The notes beneath the pieces were generated by a model. It did not search any database. It saw only the letters and a program-made list of their open reading frames with translations, and was not told the DNA's origin. Positions 1-13,290 of a DNA stretch of 64,000 bases are shown here, piece by piece. This DNA is from Octopus sinensis (Eukaryota): positions 41,478,001 to 41,542,000 of the forward strand of contig NC_042997.1 of assembly GCF_006345805.1 (NCBI RefSeq). Direction: 5' to 3'. The position numbers and the translations under genes are program-made. Every line of letters begins with the position of its first letter. Position 1 is the stretch's first letter.

Positions 1-444
1 CAATCATTTAAGATCAAATGCCAAGAGAGCAACTGTCTGGTACGGCATCACATTATTATCAGTATCAATAACATTAATATGCTTAGTTTTGTTTGTTTTT
101 GTATGTATGTACGCGTGGCGTGTGTCACACTTATTGCAAAGAAGTGAGTGGTAAAGCGAGAGAGAGGAAAAAAGAGAGAGAGAGAATAAGAGAAAGAGAG
201 AGAGAGAGAGAGTGAGAGTGAAAGAGAGAGAGAGTGAGAGGCAGTGATTGGTGTTGGTGTTTGTATTGTTTTGAATGTTGATATGTTACATACACACATT
301 GTTAAATCAAAAGAGAGGAGGGACACAGAGGAAGTGAGAGAGAAAGTGATAGAAATAGTAGATACATAGATCCAAAGAAAAGTTGATACATAGACACGTA
401 GTTAAATCAAAGCAAATAACTGCAGCAAGTATTGGATGTCACTA

Positions 445-605
445 TCGCTTTTCATTACCACACGAGGATAAGATTAACTCGCAAGTGGCTGAGTACTCCA
501 CGGACATGCATATCATTATCTCAGCCTCACACAGAAATTGACAAGGCTTGCCCCTTTGAATTACAGCTAGAATTCATTTTGGCCAGCTGAGTGAACTGGA
601 GCAAG
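445..605 (-). mobile_element. Decayed SINE/LINE-tail-type interspersed repeat fragment
   Basis: Shares the block gcaagtggctgagtactccac...cagcctcacacagaa...cccctttgaattacagct with 908-1190; no ORF. Confidence 0.5.
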
Positions 606-907
606 ACAGACCTTCAAGAGATTGGAAGAAAACAAATAAAGATCTTATATAGGGGCAGGAAAATCATTTTAATCTTTAGGTTCAATATGGATGTTAATCC
701 AATCATAACAGTGGCATTTGTGGGCCTCACAGATCAGGAGGCAAAGCCCCCAGATCACAGGCTGTTATTATCAAACTGAGTGTGAGTCGAGGGTGAATAC
801 ACGACGGAATAGCAATAATTTCGTCTTAGCTTTCATTGATAATGCTAAACACACGACATTTTTGACTTACGATTTGGAGCATTTCCTTTTCTTTCACTCT
901 TTTTAAA

Positions 908-1190
908 AAATGGCCCTCCATTAGTTATGATGATGAGGTTCCTGTTTATCTGATCAACGAAACAGTCTGCTCATAAAATTAACATGCAAGTGGCTGAATA
1001 CTCCACAGACATGCATACCATAAGTTAGTTCTCAGGAAGATTCAGCCTCACACAGAATGTTACAGGGCTGACCCCTTTGAATTACAGCTACGACTCACTT
1101 TTGAAAGCTGAGTACACTGCAGCAAAGTGAAGTAGAGTACCTTGCTCAAAAACACAGTGCACCGCAGGGAATCATTCTCGTGACTTTACG
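908..1190 (-). mobile_element. Decayed SINE-type repeat, same family as 445-605
   Basis: Same motifs as 445-605 plus the tRNA-like head complement (ccttgctcaaaaacac...cagggaatc). Confidence 0.5.
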
Positions 1191-1974
1191 ATCATGGGCC
1201 GAATACACCTAAGCACCTTCACCCTCTTAACCGTAGAGAAAAGGAATGAAGTGAGAGAGACAGAGAAAGGAAAGCCTCAGTCATTTAAAATGACAATTAG
1301 ACTGGAATACGATCGATCTTTCCTTGCTTCTTTACTCTTAACAATGAAGAAGAGGGAAAGTCTTTCATTCTGGCAGTTCTAGAACAATCCACTGTTACTT
1401 CTCTCTTCTTTCCTCCCATCTCCAGTACTTATTCACCTCCTTTCATAGTTCTTCATGTCTTTTAGTTGGGGGGAAAGACCACGTTAATTATTTTCAGGCA
1501 TGTTTAATGTTTTCTCCACAAACTACAATCAAGCCCCCACTCTGTTCTTTTTCTTTTCATACGAAAACTAATCCAAATTTCGAACAGGGTACAGCTGTGA
1601 AAAGAGCCCAGAAAAATGAGTAATACCCCCTACAAAATGGGTGGGGGAGAAAAGTTGCCGACAGGTGGCTACATGAAGTTCAACTCTATACTTTAAAGAG
1701 TGTCTTCTACTAAAGAGTGTCTACTGACCAAAGCCTCATGAGTGAATTTGGTAGATGGAAACTGAAAGAAGCCCATCATATATATATTAATGGGGAAAGC
1801 TTGGTCTGCAATGTTTGCAGTCGTGAATGCTTGTCAAGAGCAGGCCTCGTCACTCACCAACAGAGCCACAAATGCAAAATATAAGTTAGTCCAAGAGTGC
1901 ACAATGTTCCTGAAGGTCAGCAATGGTCTTCCTTGGTCACACCTAATTAAACACACACACTCTCTCTCACAATG

Positions 1975-2375
1975 ATAAAAAGAAATATAATTTATGGTCT
2001 ACCTCCCCACCACCACATACTCAGTGACACTGTGAAATGGTCAAAACTGAAATTCTTTTTTCCCAAGGTCTTAGAACCCCCTTGGAGTCAATATTGTGTC
2101 CAGCAGACCAAAAAAATTATTTTCTTCTTCTTCCCTCTCCCTTCCCTTCTTTTTCTTTAGCACCCATCCCAGATACAAAAACACACACACATACATACAT
2201 GTTCTCTCTCTCACTTTCTCCTCATCCATCACCCTCTTGTACTGTCTTATATTCCTCCCCACCACTACAAACTCAATACCACTATAAAATGGTCAAAACT
2301 CCTCACACAGGAACTTAGTTTGATTTGGAAACCCCACTAGAATGGGAGAAAGCGCTAATGATCTAACTGATATGA
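1975..2375 (+). repeat. Unclassified interspersed repeat; inverted copy at 22070-22470
   Basis: Blocks such as tactcagtgacac, cagatacaaa and aatgggagaaagcgctaat occur as reverse complements at 22070-22470. Confidence 0.6.
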
Positions 2376-2764
2376 TATATATATAAAAAATGTAATATAC
2401 AAATAAATATCTGTAAATATAAACCATCCGATTTTCTGAGTACCTCATTTCTTCTAATATAAAATACCTGTACATCATCTCCAAACCTTCCAAAATATAT
2501 ATATGGTTGTGATGCATGTGCCTGGTGTACCCTTATCAGATGGGTAGTCATGATGGGTATTCTGGGCTTCATATATTTTACCCCAGTATCACTTTGATGG
2601 CATGCACTACTCTCTCACTCAATAATAATAATAATAATTTGATGAAGCCATTGCCCTTACAGTGAATGAATGCTCTCAACTTGCTCCAAACCAATATGAG
2701 TTGTGGTGACATGCTATCATGGAAAGTGGACGTTAAACGATGATGATGATACACACACACATAC

Positions 2765-2794
<30 letters not shown>

Positions 2795-2796
<2 letters not shown>

Positions 2797-3165
2797 CATC
2801 ATCATCGTTTAACGTCCACTTTCCATGATAGCATGGGTTGGACGATTTTGACTGAGGGCTGGCAAACCAGATGGCTGCACCAGGCTCCAATCTTGATTTG
2901 GCAGAGTTTCTACAGCTGGATGCCCTTCCTAACACCAACAACTCCGAGAGTGTAGTGGGTGCTATTTACGTGCCACCGGCATGGGGGCCAGTCAGGCGGT
3001 ACTGGCACCGACCTTGCTCTAATCTTTGTACACATGCCAACAACACAGGTGCCAGCAAGGCGATGTCGGTAACGATCATGCTCGGATGGTACTCTTGGCC
3101 CCCTACTAGTACAAGGCTCAAGTGCCAGTAAGGCGACGTTGGTAACAATCACACTTGAATGGTTC
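2795..3165 (-). mobile_element. RTE-clade LINE 3' UTR fragment with (CAT)n tail
   Basis: catcatcatcgtttaacgtccactttccatg...cttcctaacaccaac; the same 3' end is attached to RTE ORF2 remnants at 11480-11975 and 20888-21740. Confidence 0.75.
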
Positions 3166-3202
3166 CTTTTATATATATATGGATATATGTACATATGTAT
3201 TC

Positions 3203-3267
<65 letters not shown>

Positions 3268-3274
3268 CATACAT

Positions 3275-3720
3275 ATCATCATCATCATCATCATTGTTTA
3301 ACGTCCGCTTTCCATGCTAGCATGGGTTGGACGGTTCAACTGGGGTCTGGCAAGCTCGAAGGCTGCACCAGGCCAGTCAGATCTGGCAGTGTTTCTACAG
3401 CTGGATGCCCTTCCTAACGCCAACCACTCCGAGAGTGTAGTGGGTGATTTTATGTGCCACCGACACAGGTGCCAGACGAGGCTGGCAGACGGCCACGCTC
3501 GGATGGTGTTTTTATGTGCCACCGACACAGGTGCCAGACGAGGCTGGCAGACGGCCACGCTCGGATGGTGTTTTCTTATGTGCCACCGACACAGGTGCCA
3601 GACGAGGCTGGCGAACGGCCACGCTCGGATGTTGTTTGTTACGTGCCCACAGCACGGAGGCCAGTCGATGCGGTGCTGGCTACGGTCACGTTCGGATCGT
3701 TTTCTTATGTGCCACCCACA
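3275..3720 (-). mobile_element. RTE-clade LINE 3' UTR fragment with internal ~58-bp tandem repeats
   Basis: (CAT)n tail, ccatgctagcatggg palindrome, repeated gtgccaccgacacaggtgccagacgaggctggc units. Confidence 0.75.
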
Positions 3721-4479
3721 GGGATACAAATTCCATTGATGTTCATCTATTTTTATTTGGTTTGATTGATTTGATTTTATATATATATATGTCAGGTCAC
3801 TTATGAGATTTTCTTAAGTGCTACTGGTAACATGGAATCCAGTAAAACATGTTGCATGTTTGGGTATGTCGGCGACTAAACTGGCACACCCACCAGAATA
3901 TCCTGGTGAGGAGGGTTGCTAGAAACCCAGCAAGATTACAAACAAGACCTGCTGAAAAGTCGGATGAACCTAATGCAATAGACCGTGTATGCAGAATATC
4001 TGGGATGGTGTCTGGTGTGCTGAAAAACCACTGGGAGTGCCCCTCAGCTTCTATTGAAGCATGTCTCTAGAAGAAGGTCACTTTGATATAAAACCAGATA
4101 TGCAGGGAACGGCATTGGACATTTTGAGGTTATTTGGTTTGTGCTAGAGATCATAGCATTCGCACATCATTGAGCCTGTGGTGCATATTGGGATCAGACA
4201 TATTGCTCCAGCTTGTCTCTGGATAATGTCAATAAAGTGGAGAGGATTTATGAGGTATCATTCAAGCCTTATTAGACCTACAGCTCTAGACAGGCATTGC
4301 TGACCTCTGTTCGATGTGTGCTGATTTTTTCCCCCAATATCTATGTATATATATATATGTATACATATATTTATTTATTTATTTTATTTTCAGTATGTAT
4401 GTATCTTTATTCTTAGTATATATTTATATATGTATTCATTTTTAGTATATTTTTATTTTATTTTTATTCGGAAGTCCTA

Positions 4480-6215
4480 CAGTGAAAGGAAGGTGGTGAA
4501 GCAAGCAGACCTTACAGGTTGGAAGCATGTAGTCAGCGACCTGCACGTAGGCAGCCCATGCTAGATATAAAATCGTCTCCTTGCCGCCCAAGACAGTGGT
4601 AAAATTCAGTTGCTGCATGGGTGTCTGACCAGTTCCATTTGGAGAGGGCACCACTCACCTGGGAGGTTGTAGAAAAGGTGAACCAAAAATTGCCTGTCTT
4701 TCTATATCTGGTCAGATTAGCATGACTGAAACAAAATCTATGCTATTTTAGTCCACAGGCTGCTTGTACACAAAATCAAATTGAATGCTGGATCAGGAAC
4801 AAACTCAACAGAAGGGGATTCTGACAATGAATGAGAGCCAAATGGAATGAGATAGGAATCTTTAAAACAAGTGAGCAATTGTTAGCCGACCAGGCAAGAG
4901 CAATTAGAGAAAAAAGGTGGTTAACGGACATGGAAATTGAAGAGATAAAAAGAAAAGTAGAAAGGAGAAATAATCCTTCACCAACAGATAATGTGCCCAG
5001 TGAGAACAGAGAAATAAATAAGGGCAGTGAAGATGTAGAGCAAAGTGTAAATGTAAATGCATTCTCCACAAATTAAGCAGAAGTAATAGGAAGAGCTGTA
5101 TCCCAATAATACGGTGATGCCCAACAAGACGTAGAGAGGATATATTTGAGAAGACCAGGATCAAGACCCTTCCCCCCCATAATCTGAGGTACATTGACCA
5201 ATGCAAGATCAAGGTTGAAACCAGAAAGATAGATTCAGTTCTTGGGCTGTTCCATACGAGAAATATCACTGAAACTCACAAGATTATTTGGGGTGCAGAT
5301 AGAATTGGATAGAAAAGGAAAGAACAAACAGAACGTAAAGAACCGTTCTGGTGTAGAGGAATTTGTAAGGAACAAAGACATTTAGGACAAGTTGATAGAT
5401 TGAGAAGAGGAGAATTGCAGAATGAAAGTATAAGAATGATGCTGGAAAGGACAGATGGAATAAGAGATAAATTGTATGATGAGATATTGGAAGAAATGAA
5501 ACAAAGAGTTGGAGCAATCAAAGCAAAACAGGAAAGATATGTCAATAGAAGAAAATAATTCAAGCAGAACAGATTGTTAGAAGCATATCAGAAGTAACTG
5601 TTTCAGGAACTGGATGGACAATTACACATAACAATGATACCAGAAGCAGAGGAAAGTAGGGCATTTTGGAGAGAGATCTGGTACCAATCTGCAGATGATA
5701 ATAATGAAGCAGAGTGGCTGCATGAAATCCAAGATAGGTTAAGAAATATAGAAGGTAAAAAAGACATAAAAATAACTACAGAAATGATAAAAAAGCACTT
5801 AAGAAAATTCCCAAATTGGAAGAGCCCAGGACTGGATGGGGTCCCAGATTATTGGATGAAGAAGCTGAGAGGGATCCATCAAAGGAGAGTGCAACAGCTA
5901 GATGAGTGCTTGCAGGAAGGTGCAGTACCCAAATGGAAGACAAAGGGAAAGACATTGTTATGTGCCAAGGATCCTGGAAAGGGAAATGTTGCATCCAACT
6001 TTAGAACAATAACATGCTTTCTGCTCACATGGAAACTAATGTCAGGTAATTTGGCTGCTGGACTGTACAGATACTTGGGAAAAAGTAGGTTGCTACCCAT
6101 TAAACAAAAAGGGTACAGTAAAAGGAGCCAGGATACGAAGGATCAGCTCTTGATTGCTAATCTAATTATCAGGAAATGCAAGAGAAGACATACAAACTCA
6201 GCATGGCATGGGTCG
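4480..6215 (+). mobile_element. Degenerate R4/Dong-like non-LTR retrotransposon (N-terminal half to RT domain 3), 3'-truncated
   Basis: Peptides EQLLADQARAIREKRWLT, FWREIW, PNWKSPGLDGV, NFRTITC, QKG...TKDQLLI; stops and frameshifts between ORFs 4831-5076 and 5634-6344. Confidence 0.8.
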
Positions 6216-6350
6216 ACGACCGCAAAGTATCCAGGCATAGAAAAACCACTCCAAACCAGACTGGCATTTGTTGCAGTCTCCCGAGCTACCAGTTCTGGTC
6301 AAACCGTCCAACCCATATCACCATGGACAACAGACGCTAAATGATGATGA
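6215..6350 (+). mobile_element. Short RTE 3' tail
   Basis: ccaacccatatcaccatggacaacagacgctaaatgatgatgatg. Confidence 0.6.
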
Positions 6351-6504
6351 TGTTTCTTATTATCTCAGTGATAATGGTGATGGGCGGGCATGTCGGATGA
6401 AATGGCTAGCGGTATTTCGTCCATCTTCACACTCAATGTTCAAATTCTGACAGGGATGACTATGTCTTTCATCCTCTTGCATTTGCAATGTGATCGATGT
6501 AATC

Positions 6505-7715
6505 TATTTAGCCACTCTCCTGAAATTGCTGGCCTTGTCCTAATATTTGAAATCAAGATTCCAGTGATGTTTATGGTCAATAAAATAAATACCAGCTGAG
6601 CAATGGGGTTGATGTAATTGACTTCGCCTCTCTCCTGAAATTGCTGGCCTTCGCCCAAAAATTGAAACAAAAATTCCAGTGATGTTTATGGTCATTAAAA
6701 TAAGTACCAGTTGAGCACTGGGTTTGATATAATTAATTGATCCACTGTCCTGAAATTGCTGGCCTTGTGCCAAAATTTGAAACAAATTTCCAGTGATGTT
6801 TATGTTCAATAAAATAAGTACCAGTTGAGCACTGGGGTTCATGTAATTGATTTTCCATCTCCTGAAATTGCTAGCCTTGTGCCAAAATTTGAAAACAAAA
6901 TTCCAGTGATGTTTATGTTCAATAAAATAATTAGCAGTTGTACACTGGGGTTGATGTAATTGACTTAGTCACACTCCTAAATTGCTGGCCGTGTGCCAAA
7001 ATTTGAAACCAAAATTCCAGTGATGTTTATGGTCAATAAAATAAGTACCAGTTGAGCACTGGTGTTCATGTAATTGTCTTAGCCACTGTCCTGCATTTGC
7101 TGACCAAGTGCCAAAATTTAAAACCAACTTCCAGTGATTTTTATGACAATACAATAAGTATCAGTTGAGACTGGGGTTGATGTAATTGACTTAGCCACTC
7201 TCCTGAAATTGCTAGCCTTCTGCAAAAATTTGAATCCAAAATTCCAATGATGTTTATGTTTAATAAAATAAGTACAAGTTGAGCACTGGGGTTGATGTAA
7301 TTGACTTAGCCACTCTCCTGAAATTGCTGGCCTTGTGCCAAAATTTGAAACCTAAATTCCAGTGATGTTTATGGTCAATAAAATAAGTACCAGTTGAGCA
7401 CTGGGGTTGATGTAATTGACTTAGCCACTCTCCTGAAATTGCTGACCGAGTGCCAAAATTTGAAACCAACTTCCAGTGATGTTTATAGTCAATAAAATAA
7501 GTACCAGTTGAGCACTGGGGTTGATGTAATTGACTTAGTCACTCTCCTGAAATTGCTGGCCTTGTGCCAAAATTTGAAACCAAAATTCCAGTGATGTTTA
7601 TGGTCAATAAAATAAGTACCAGCTGAGCATTGGGGCTGATGTAATTGACTTAGCCACTCTCCTGAAATTGCTGGTCTTGTGCCAAAATTTGAAACCAGAA
7701 TTTCAGTGATGTTTC
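6505..7715. repeat. Tandem array of a 115-bp unit (~10.5 copies) derived from a SINE 3' segment
   Basis: ctcctgaaattgctgg starts at 6517...7315, 7430, 7544, 7659; the unit contains ataagtaccagttgagcactggggt, also found in SINE tails at ~38480, ~41515 and ~60740. Confidence 0.9.
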
Positions 7716-7884
7716 TAGTATTTATTATAATTAATAGAGATAGTGTTTACTTAGTGTCTGTTAAATGTTGATTATATTTTTCTGTCTTCAAATACTTTTC
7801 TGTCTTTACCCACTAAACTCCCCAGCTCACCCCTAATCCCTCAGCAACGAAATGATTTTATCTTTTTACTTTTTCATAATTTAG

Positions 7885-9421
7885 TTGTGCTGGACGATTG
7901 TAGCAGAGATCATATACTGCAAAATGTGAAGTCAGATGTTCAACCATTGAGGGAACCATCAGAAGAAAATACCATTTCAAGACAGCAAGTCCATGACTAT
8001 TTACTACCTTCCAAGTTCCATCTGACTTTCTTAAAAAGACATAAAATCATAGTTAATGACCAATTAAAGAAATGGGCTGAAGTAATATGGAAAGATTCCA
8101 AGTTTAATAAACTGAAATTAAGTTATTCTGAAGGAAATTTGAAGCAAATTGAACAATGTTTGGAAGACTTATTAAATTCCATTACTGTTGAAATCATTGA
8201 TGTTACAACCAATATTTTTGAAGATGTTGTTAGAACATTGAAAAGTGAAGATGATGAGATGTATTTTTATTTTGATATCCAATATCATAAAGCTCATATT
8301 TTGGAATTTGATAAAAGTAGCGTGATTAAAATGAAAAAGAGACTTTTGGATAATCTTAGAAAGATATGTGAGTTTAATTTAAGTATTCATGGAAGGCGTA
8401 TTCTATCTGGTCACAGATTTTTTGAGCAGGCACAAAGACAATCTAAAGATCTACAAGTCAGAATTCATGGTAACAAAGTTATTTTTGAAGGCCAGTATTC
8501 CGAAGTAGCTAATTGTCAAAATAATATGTATAAAATTCTTCGGTCAATTGTAAAATCTGAATTGTGTTTGCCTTTAAATACTGGAATGATCATAAATAAA
8601 AAACCAGTGAAAGAATATCTTGATGAAGAACTGAGAAACAAGAAATGTATTGGTTCATGGGAAACGGGTGATGGTGATTCAGTATTACTTTATGCAAGTG
8701 ATAAAACACATCTTTCACTTTTGGAAGAAATTATGAAAGAAACTTTTGTCGCCAACACACTGGATTTTGTAGACAAAAATTAAGGATACTCCACATTATG
8801 GAAAGTGGCTGACATTTGTTGAAAGTCTAAAAGAAGGGTTTCCAGATTTCCATTTTATTGGAAAAAATTCTAATGTTGCTGTTGATGCTGTAGTTAATGA
8901 TATAAAAAGCAAAATTGATAACTTTAAGCAATCTTTAACTTATGAATCTTATATATCGATGAATCATGCACATTTCCTCTTTCTTAAAGAGTTCAAAGAA
9001 CAGGAAATCAATGACTTTAGTGAGAAAAATAAAATAAAGAATGTGTGTTTCAAAGATAAAAAGTTACACCTGGAAGGAACACAAGAGCAATTTAAGAAAA
9101 TGGAAATATTTATAGAAAATTTAAGAAAGGATATCAGATCACAAGAAGAAAACTTTGAAATGTTTAGATTTCAAGAATTTCTGGAAAGTGAAGAAGGAAA
9201 GAATTTCTTGTGTGAAATGCAGAAGAAATCTGAGAGTATAATATCATTAAATTCAGATTTAGGAAATGAAACAGAAGAAATACTTAATTTTGTGTATAAG
9301 AACTGTGAAATAGTGTTGAGGGAAGGTGACATCACGACTCTGGACACAGATGTTATTGTTAATGCTACAAATGGCAGACTGAATCTTATGGAAGGAGTTG
9401 CAGCAGTCATTGTGCAGAAAG
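7885..9421 (+). CDS. Large internal coding exon of a PARP14/PARP9/PARP15-like (KH-like repeats plus start of a macrodomain) gene, with a 1-nt frameshift at 8775-8779
   Basis: Polypyrimidine tract and AG at 7883-7884; donor G|GTTAGT at 9421/9422; open frames 7887-8780 and 8782-9421; macrodomain motif LREGDITTLDTDVIVNATN..L...GVA; removing one A gives a 1536-nt phase-1/phase-1 exon. Confidence 0.8.
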
Positions 9422-9464
9422 GTTAGTAATACCATTTTTTATAGTTAATGTTCCTTTTTAGATC

Positions 9465-9620
9465 CAAGTGTGGTTGAGAAGCTAACTTCCTGATCACGTG
9501 GTTTCAGGTCCAATTCTACTCACAGCATTTTGGACAAATGTCTTCTGTTATAGGTCAGTGGTTGGCCAAAGCCTTGGGAGTGGATTTCGTTGATAGAAAC
9601 TGAAAGAAGCTCATCATTTA
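9465..9620 (+). mobile_element. tRNA-derived SINE (decayed)
   Basis: gtgtggttgagaagct...gtggatttcgttgatagaaactgaaagaagc, same family as 36275-36605 and 49150-49590. Confidence 0.65.
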
Positions 9621-10494
9621 TACATACATATATACTTTTTTATAAAAAGTGTATACAGCTCATTGGAGCACTTCTATTTCCAGTCCGTTGTATATCTTGA
9701 GTGTTGTTGTCACTCAAGATATAACTTTATATTTTGTAATACATACATATATATATATGTGTGTGTGTGTGTGAGGGTGAGTAGCCAGGTGTTGACAGCA
9801 CACGATGGTTGTAAATGAACATCACCATCACACAAGTGATGTTGTGTCATTTCCAGTCTTCCATGAAAAACATGTCTGACCATGGAGAAATATTCCCTCA
9901 TTTGGAAACATGTGGCACTTGGCTACAGGAAGGACACCCAGCCATGGACATTAAATTATCGTGCACAGACACACACACACACATATACATACACATGTAC
10001 GCACCAACACGCATGAACACACACACACAGTATACATGCACACAAGAGCTTTATATACATCCACTTGCTTGCACACACAGTTACATCACATAGCCTTATA
10101 CACACACACATAAACCAAAAGCATGGACATACATACACACATGCATAGATACTTATACACAGTAGTCTCATACACATGTGTGCTCACATACACGTGCCAA
10201 GTTCATAGTTGTCTCCCTTGTCACTCGTACCTCAAGTCAGCTCTCATAGATGTCTCCCTTGGTTGCCAGAGCCACTGACACCTTCAGCAACCTCTTCCTC
10301 CTCCAATCATTTCAGCTTGTAGTGACACTCTGACACAAGTTTCTTCTCTTCTCTCTCTCTCTCTCTTCTATTCCTTCTGTCAAAGAGTAGGCTCAGAATG
10401 TTAGACACTTCCTAATTTCTCTAAGCATAAAGTTGATACACTATTTTCCTTTACCATGTCATCATGTTTTTATAACTTTTGCACTACACACACA

Positions 10495-11470
10495 CACACA
10501 CATCATCATCATTTAACATCTGCTTTCCATGCTGGTATGGGTTGGACGGTTTGATTGAAAACTGGTAAGTGGTGGGGCTGCACCAGATTCTGATACCAAC
10601 CACTCCAAGAGTGAAGTGGGTGTTTTCTATGTGCCATTGGCCTAACACCAGCATCGTCAGTGACTACGGTCTCACTTGGCTTGACAGCTTTACACAATCA
10701 CAGTATATCGCCAAGGGTCTTGGTCACCTGTCACTGCCTCCATGACACCCAATACCCAAATGGTGCTTTTTACATGCCACTGACCTCCCTATATATGGCA
10801 TATACAGCTCTCACCAACCATTCATCTATCCCTAGTTTCCTCATTGACCACCAGATAAGGAATCTGAGGACCCTGTTGAAGGCCTTCTCCATGTCAACAA
10901 AAGCCAAATACAGAGGTTTAGCTTTGGCTAGGTATTTCTCCTGCAGCTGTCTTACCAGAAATATAGCATCATTGGTGCTTCTAATTTTTCCTATCTAATA
11001 CGTTACCTTTACCTTTTTAGCAGTTGACTATGGTGCTGCTACACCAGTCATTGAGTATGACTCCTTCGTGTATCACCTGGTTGACTATACAGGTGACTAG
11101 ACTATAGCCTACACCGCCAGATATTTTGAGCATCTCTGCATTGATTCCTTGTGGGCTGGGATTTTTCCCTGTCTTCATATCCTTAATTCCTTTATCTGCC
11201 AAGGTACTGTCAATTTGGATAGCTGGTCCCTTATTTGGGTCTCTCTCTCTCCCATTCATTTTCTTCATTTAGCAACCTTTGATAGTGACCTCTCCAAGTC
11301 TCTTACTTTGTAGCATCATTAAATGCAAGTGGGCCATTATCCTTGCAGACACATTTCTCTCCTATGACATTGTGACTTTCTCTTACACACTCTTGCAATT
11401 TGAAACACTTCAAATCTCTGATACTCATGATGCAAAGTTCCAAAACTTTCTACCTCTGTTGGCTCCTACC
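10495..11470 (-). mobile_element. RTE LINE fragment: RT N-terminal part joined by internal deletion to the 3' UTR
   Basis: Minus-strand peptides GINAEMLKISGGVGYSLVT and DAIFLVRQLQEKYLAKAKPLYLALVDMEKAF; (CAT)n tail at ~10500. Confidence 0.8.
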
Positions 11471-11479
11471 TGTGTGTGA

Positions 11480-11975
11480 ACAGCCATGCTACGCAACAGT
11501 TAAACATGGACTGTGACCACGGAGGATATGCATAGGCTTGAAAGAAATGAAGCTAGTATGATTTGCTGGAAGTGCAATGTCAGTGTGACAAGGTGTAAGC
11601 ATCCTGAGAGAAAAGTTGGAAATAAGAGGCATCAGATGTGGTGTGCAAGAGAGACGAATGTGCTGGTGTGGTCATGTGATGCGTACAGACAAGGAAGAAC
11701 TGTGTAAAAAAAGTGACAATCTCTAAATGTGGAGAGAACATGTAGAAGAGGTAGACCCAGGAAGACACAGTGTCAGGCACCTGTGCCAGTGTCACATAAA
11801 AAGCACCCATTTCACTTTGGAGTGGTTGGCATATGGAAAGGCATCCAGCTGTAGAAACTCTGTCAAATCTGACTGGAACCTGGTGCAGCTCTCCAGCCTA
11901 TCAGTTTCAGTCAAGCCATCCAACCCATGCCAGCATGGAAAGTGGATGTTAAATGACGATGATGATGATGATTTA
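11480..11975 (+). mobile_element. RTE LINE 3' fragment (ORF2 C-terminus and 3' UTR)
   Basis: EDMHRLERNEASM; ends ccatgccagcatggaaagtggatgttaaatgacgatgatgatg. Confidence 0.8.
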
Positions 11976-12944
11976 CATTTTCTACTAATCATTCTTTAAA
12001 GAGAAATTTCTTGAAATAAGTGTTTTATTTTCTTACGTCCAATAATGTTGAACCAAGAGTTATAGCGTTGTCTGACTCTAAAGTATTTACGAGAGGCCAT
12101 TTAGCTCTGGAAGCCTTCTTCAACTGAATAACCAAGTTTCTTTCCTTGAACAGGTTACCCTGTTAGAAATTACTTATCACATGACCATCAGCCTGAGTCA
12201 TGTGATGTGGTAAGCAGGTAAATTGTGTGAAGCAGACAACACTGCCATATGAGTGAGATACACATCATCGTTTAACATCCGTTTTCCGTGCTAGCACGGG
12301 TTGGACAGTTCGACCAGGGTCTGGGAAGCCAGGGGCTGCACCAGGCTCCAGTCTGATCTGGTGAAAGAAAAATGACAAGAAAGGTTTTAAAATGCACCAT
12401 ATAGACGTACATATATATATGTATATACATATGTATGTGTATATATATATATCTTTGATTAAAGTTTAAAGATTACATGTTTTGTTTGGACTTCTGGTCA
12501 CACATGTGGAATGATATACAGCAACTAGCCTGAGCATTACCTGCACCATTCCTATATTTGTGTGTCACAACGGATTTCTTTCCTCATAATTTTAAGAAAA
12601 ACATAATTTTAATGAGATTTTCTATAAATATGCTTCAGATGGTATAAATTCCAATTCTACTGGAATTTGTTGTAAAAAAAAATGTTTCAAAACAAATATC
12701 TGCAATTTTTATTTTCATATTAAATTCCATTATTATCGTAATATACACACTCTTAAAGGTATTTGTGGAGATTTTCATTTAAAAATAACCATTTTCCAAA
12801 AAGTTATGAGGAAACAAATTGGACTTGTGTGAATTTTCTGAAATTCCTCTCTCCACTCCCTCAAAAACATTTTTTTAACACCAAATTCCCAACTTACTGG
12901 AATCTACACCATCTGAAGCCTGTTTTAATGTTTTAAGCAAAAAA

Positions 12945-13290
12945 GTTCTCAGTTGTAAGGGTGAGAACTGTTGTCCATGTCTTTGTGAGTCTCTCTACAG
13001 AGACTCACAATTAGAGTGGTAGGTACCTTTGCCAGGTGTCGGTACTTCAACAGCCATGAATGAGGGATAGAGTCGAATGCCTTCTTATAGACAAGCCATA
13101 CTGTCACAAGGTTTCTGTGTTGTTTTCTTACTTCAGACAGGACGGCTTTGTTTATTAAAAGTCGTTTGCCACATCCCCACACTCCTTCCTTTCCATCAGC
13201 CTGTTCATCAGTCACAATGTTGTTCGACTCACAATGGTCCTGGAGGAATTGGTTGTGGCAACTTGCGTGGGCCTGTAGATTCCTGCCATC
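12945..13290 (-). mobile_element. R4-like non-LTR RT fragment
   Basis: GVWGC...LLINKAVLSEV...VWLVYKKAFDSIPHSWL (RT domains 2-3). Confidence 0.7.

Noticed and set aside
3790-4320. Possible decayed coding or TE fragment
   Set aside because: No recognisable peptide motif in any frame that I could read.
4530-4640. HDV-like ribozyme at the 5' end of the R4-like element
   Set aside because: Could not assemble the nested double pseudoknot by eye; needs a covariance-model search.
6505-7715. CRISPR-like regular array
   Set aside because: The whole 115-bp unit repeats with no unique spacers; no cas genes; eukaryotic context.
8772-8783. Programmed +1 ribosomal frameshift in the PARP-like exon
   Set aside because: No supporting signal or precedent for this gene family; a homopolymer indel is simpler.
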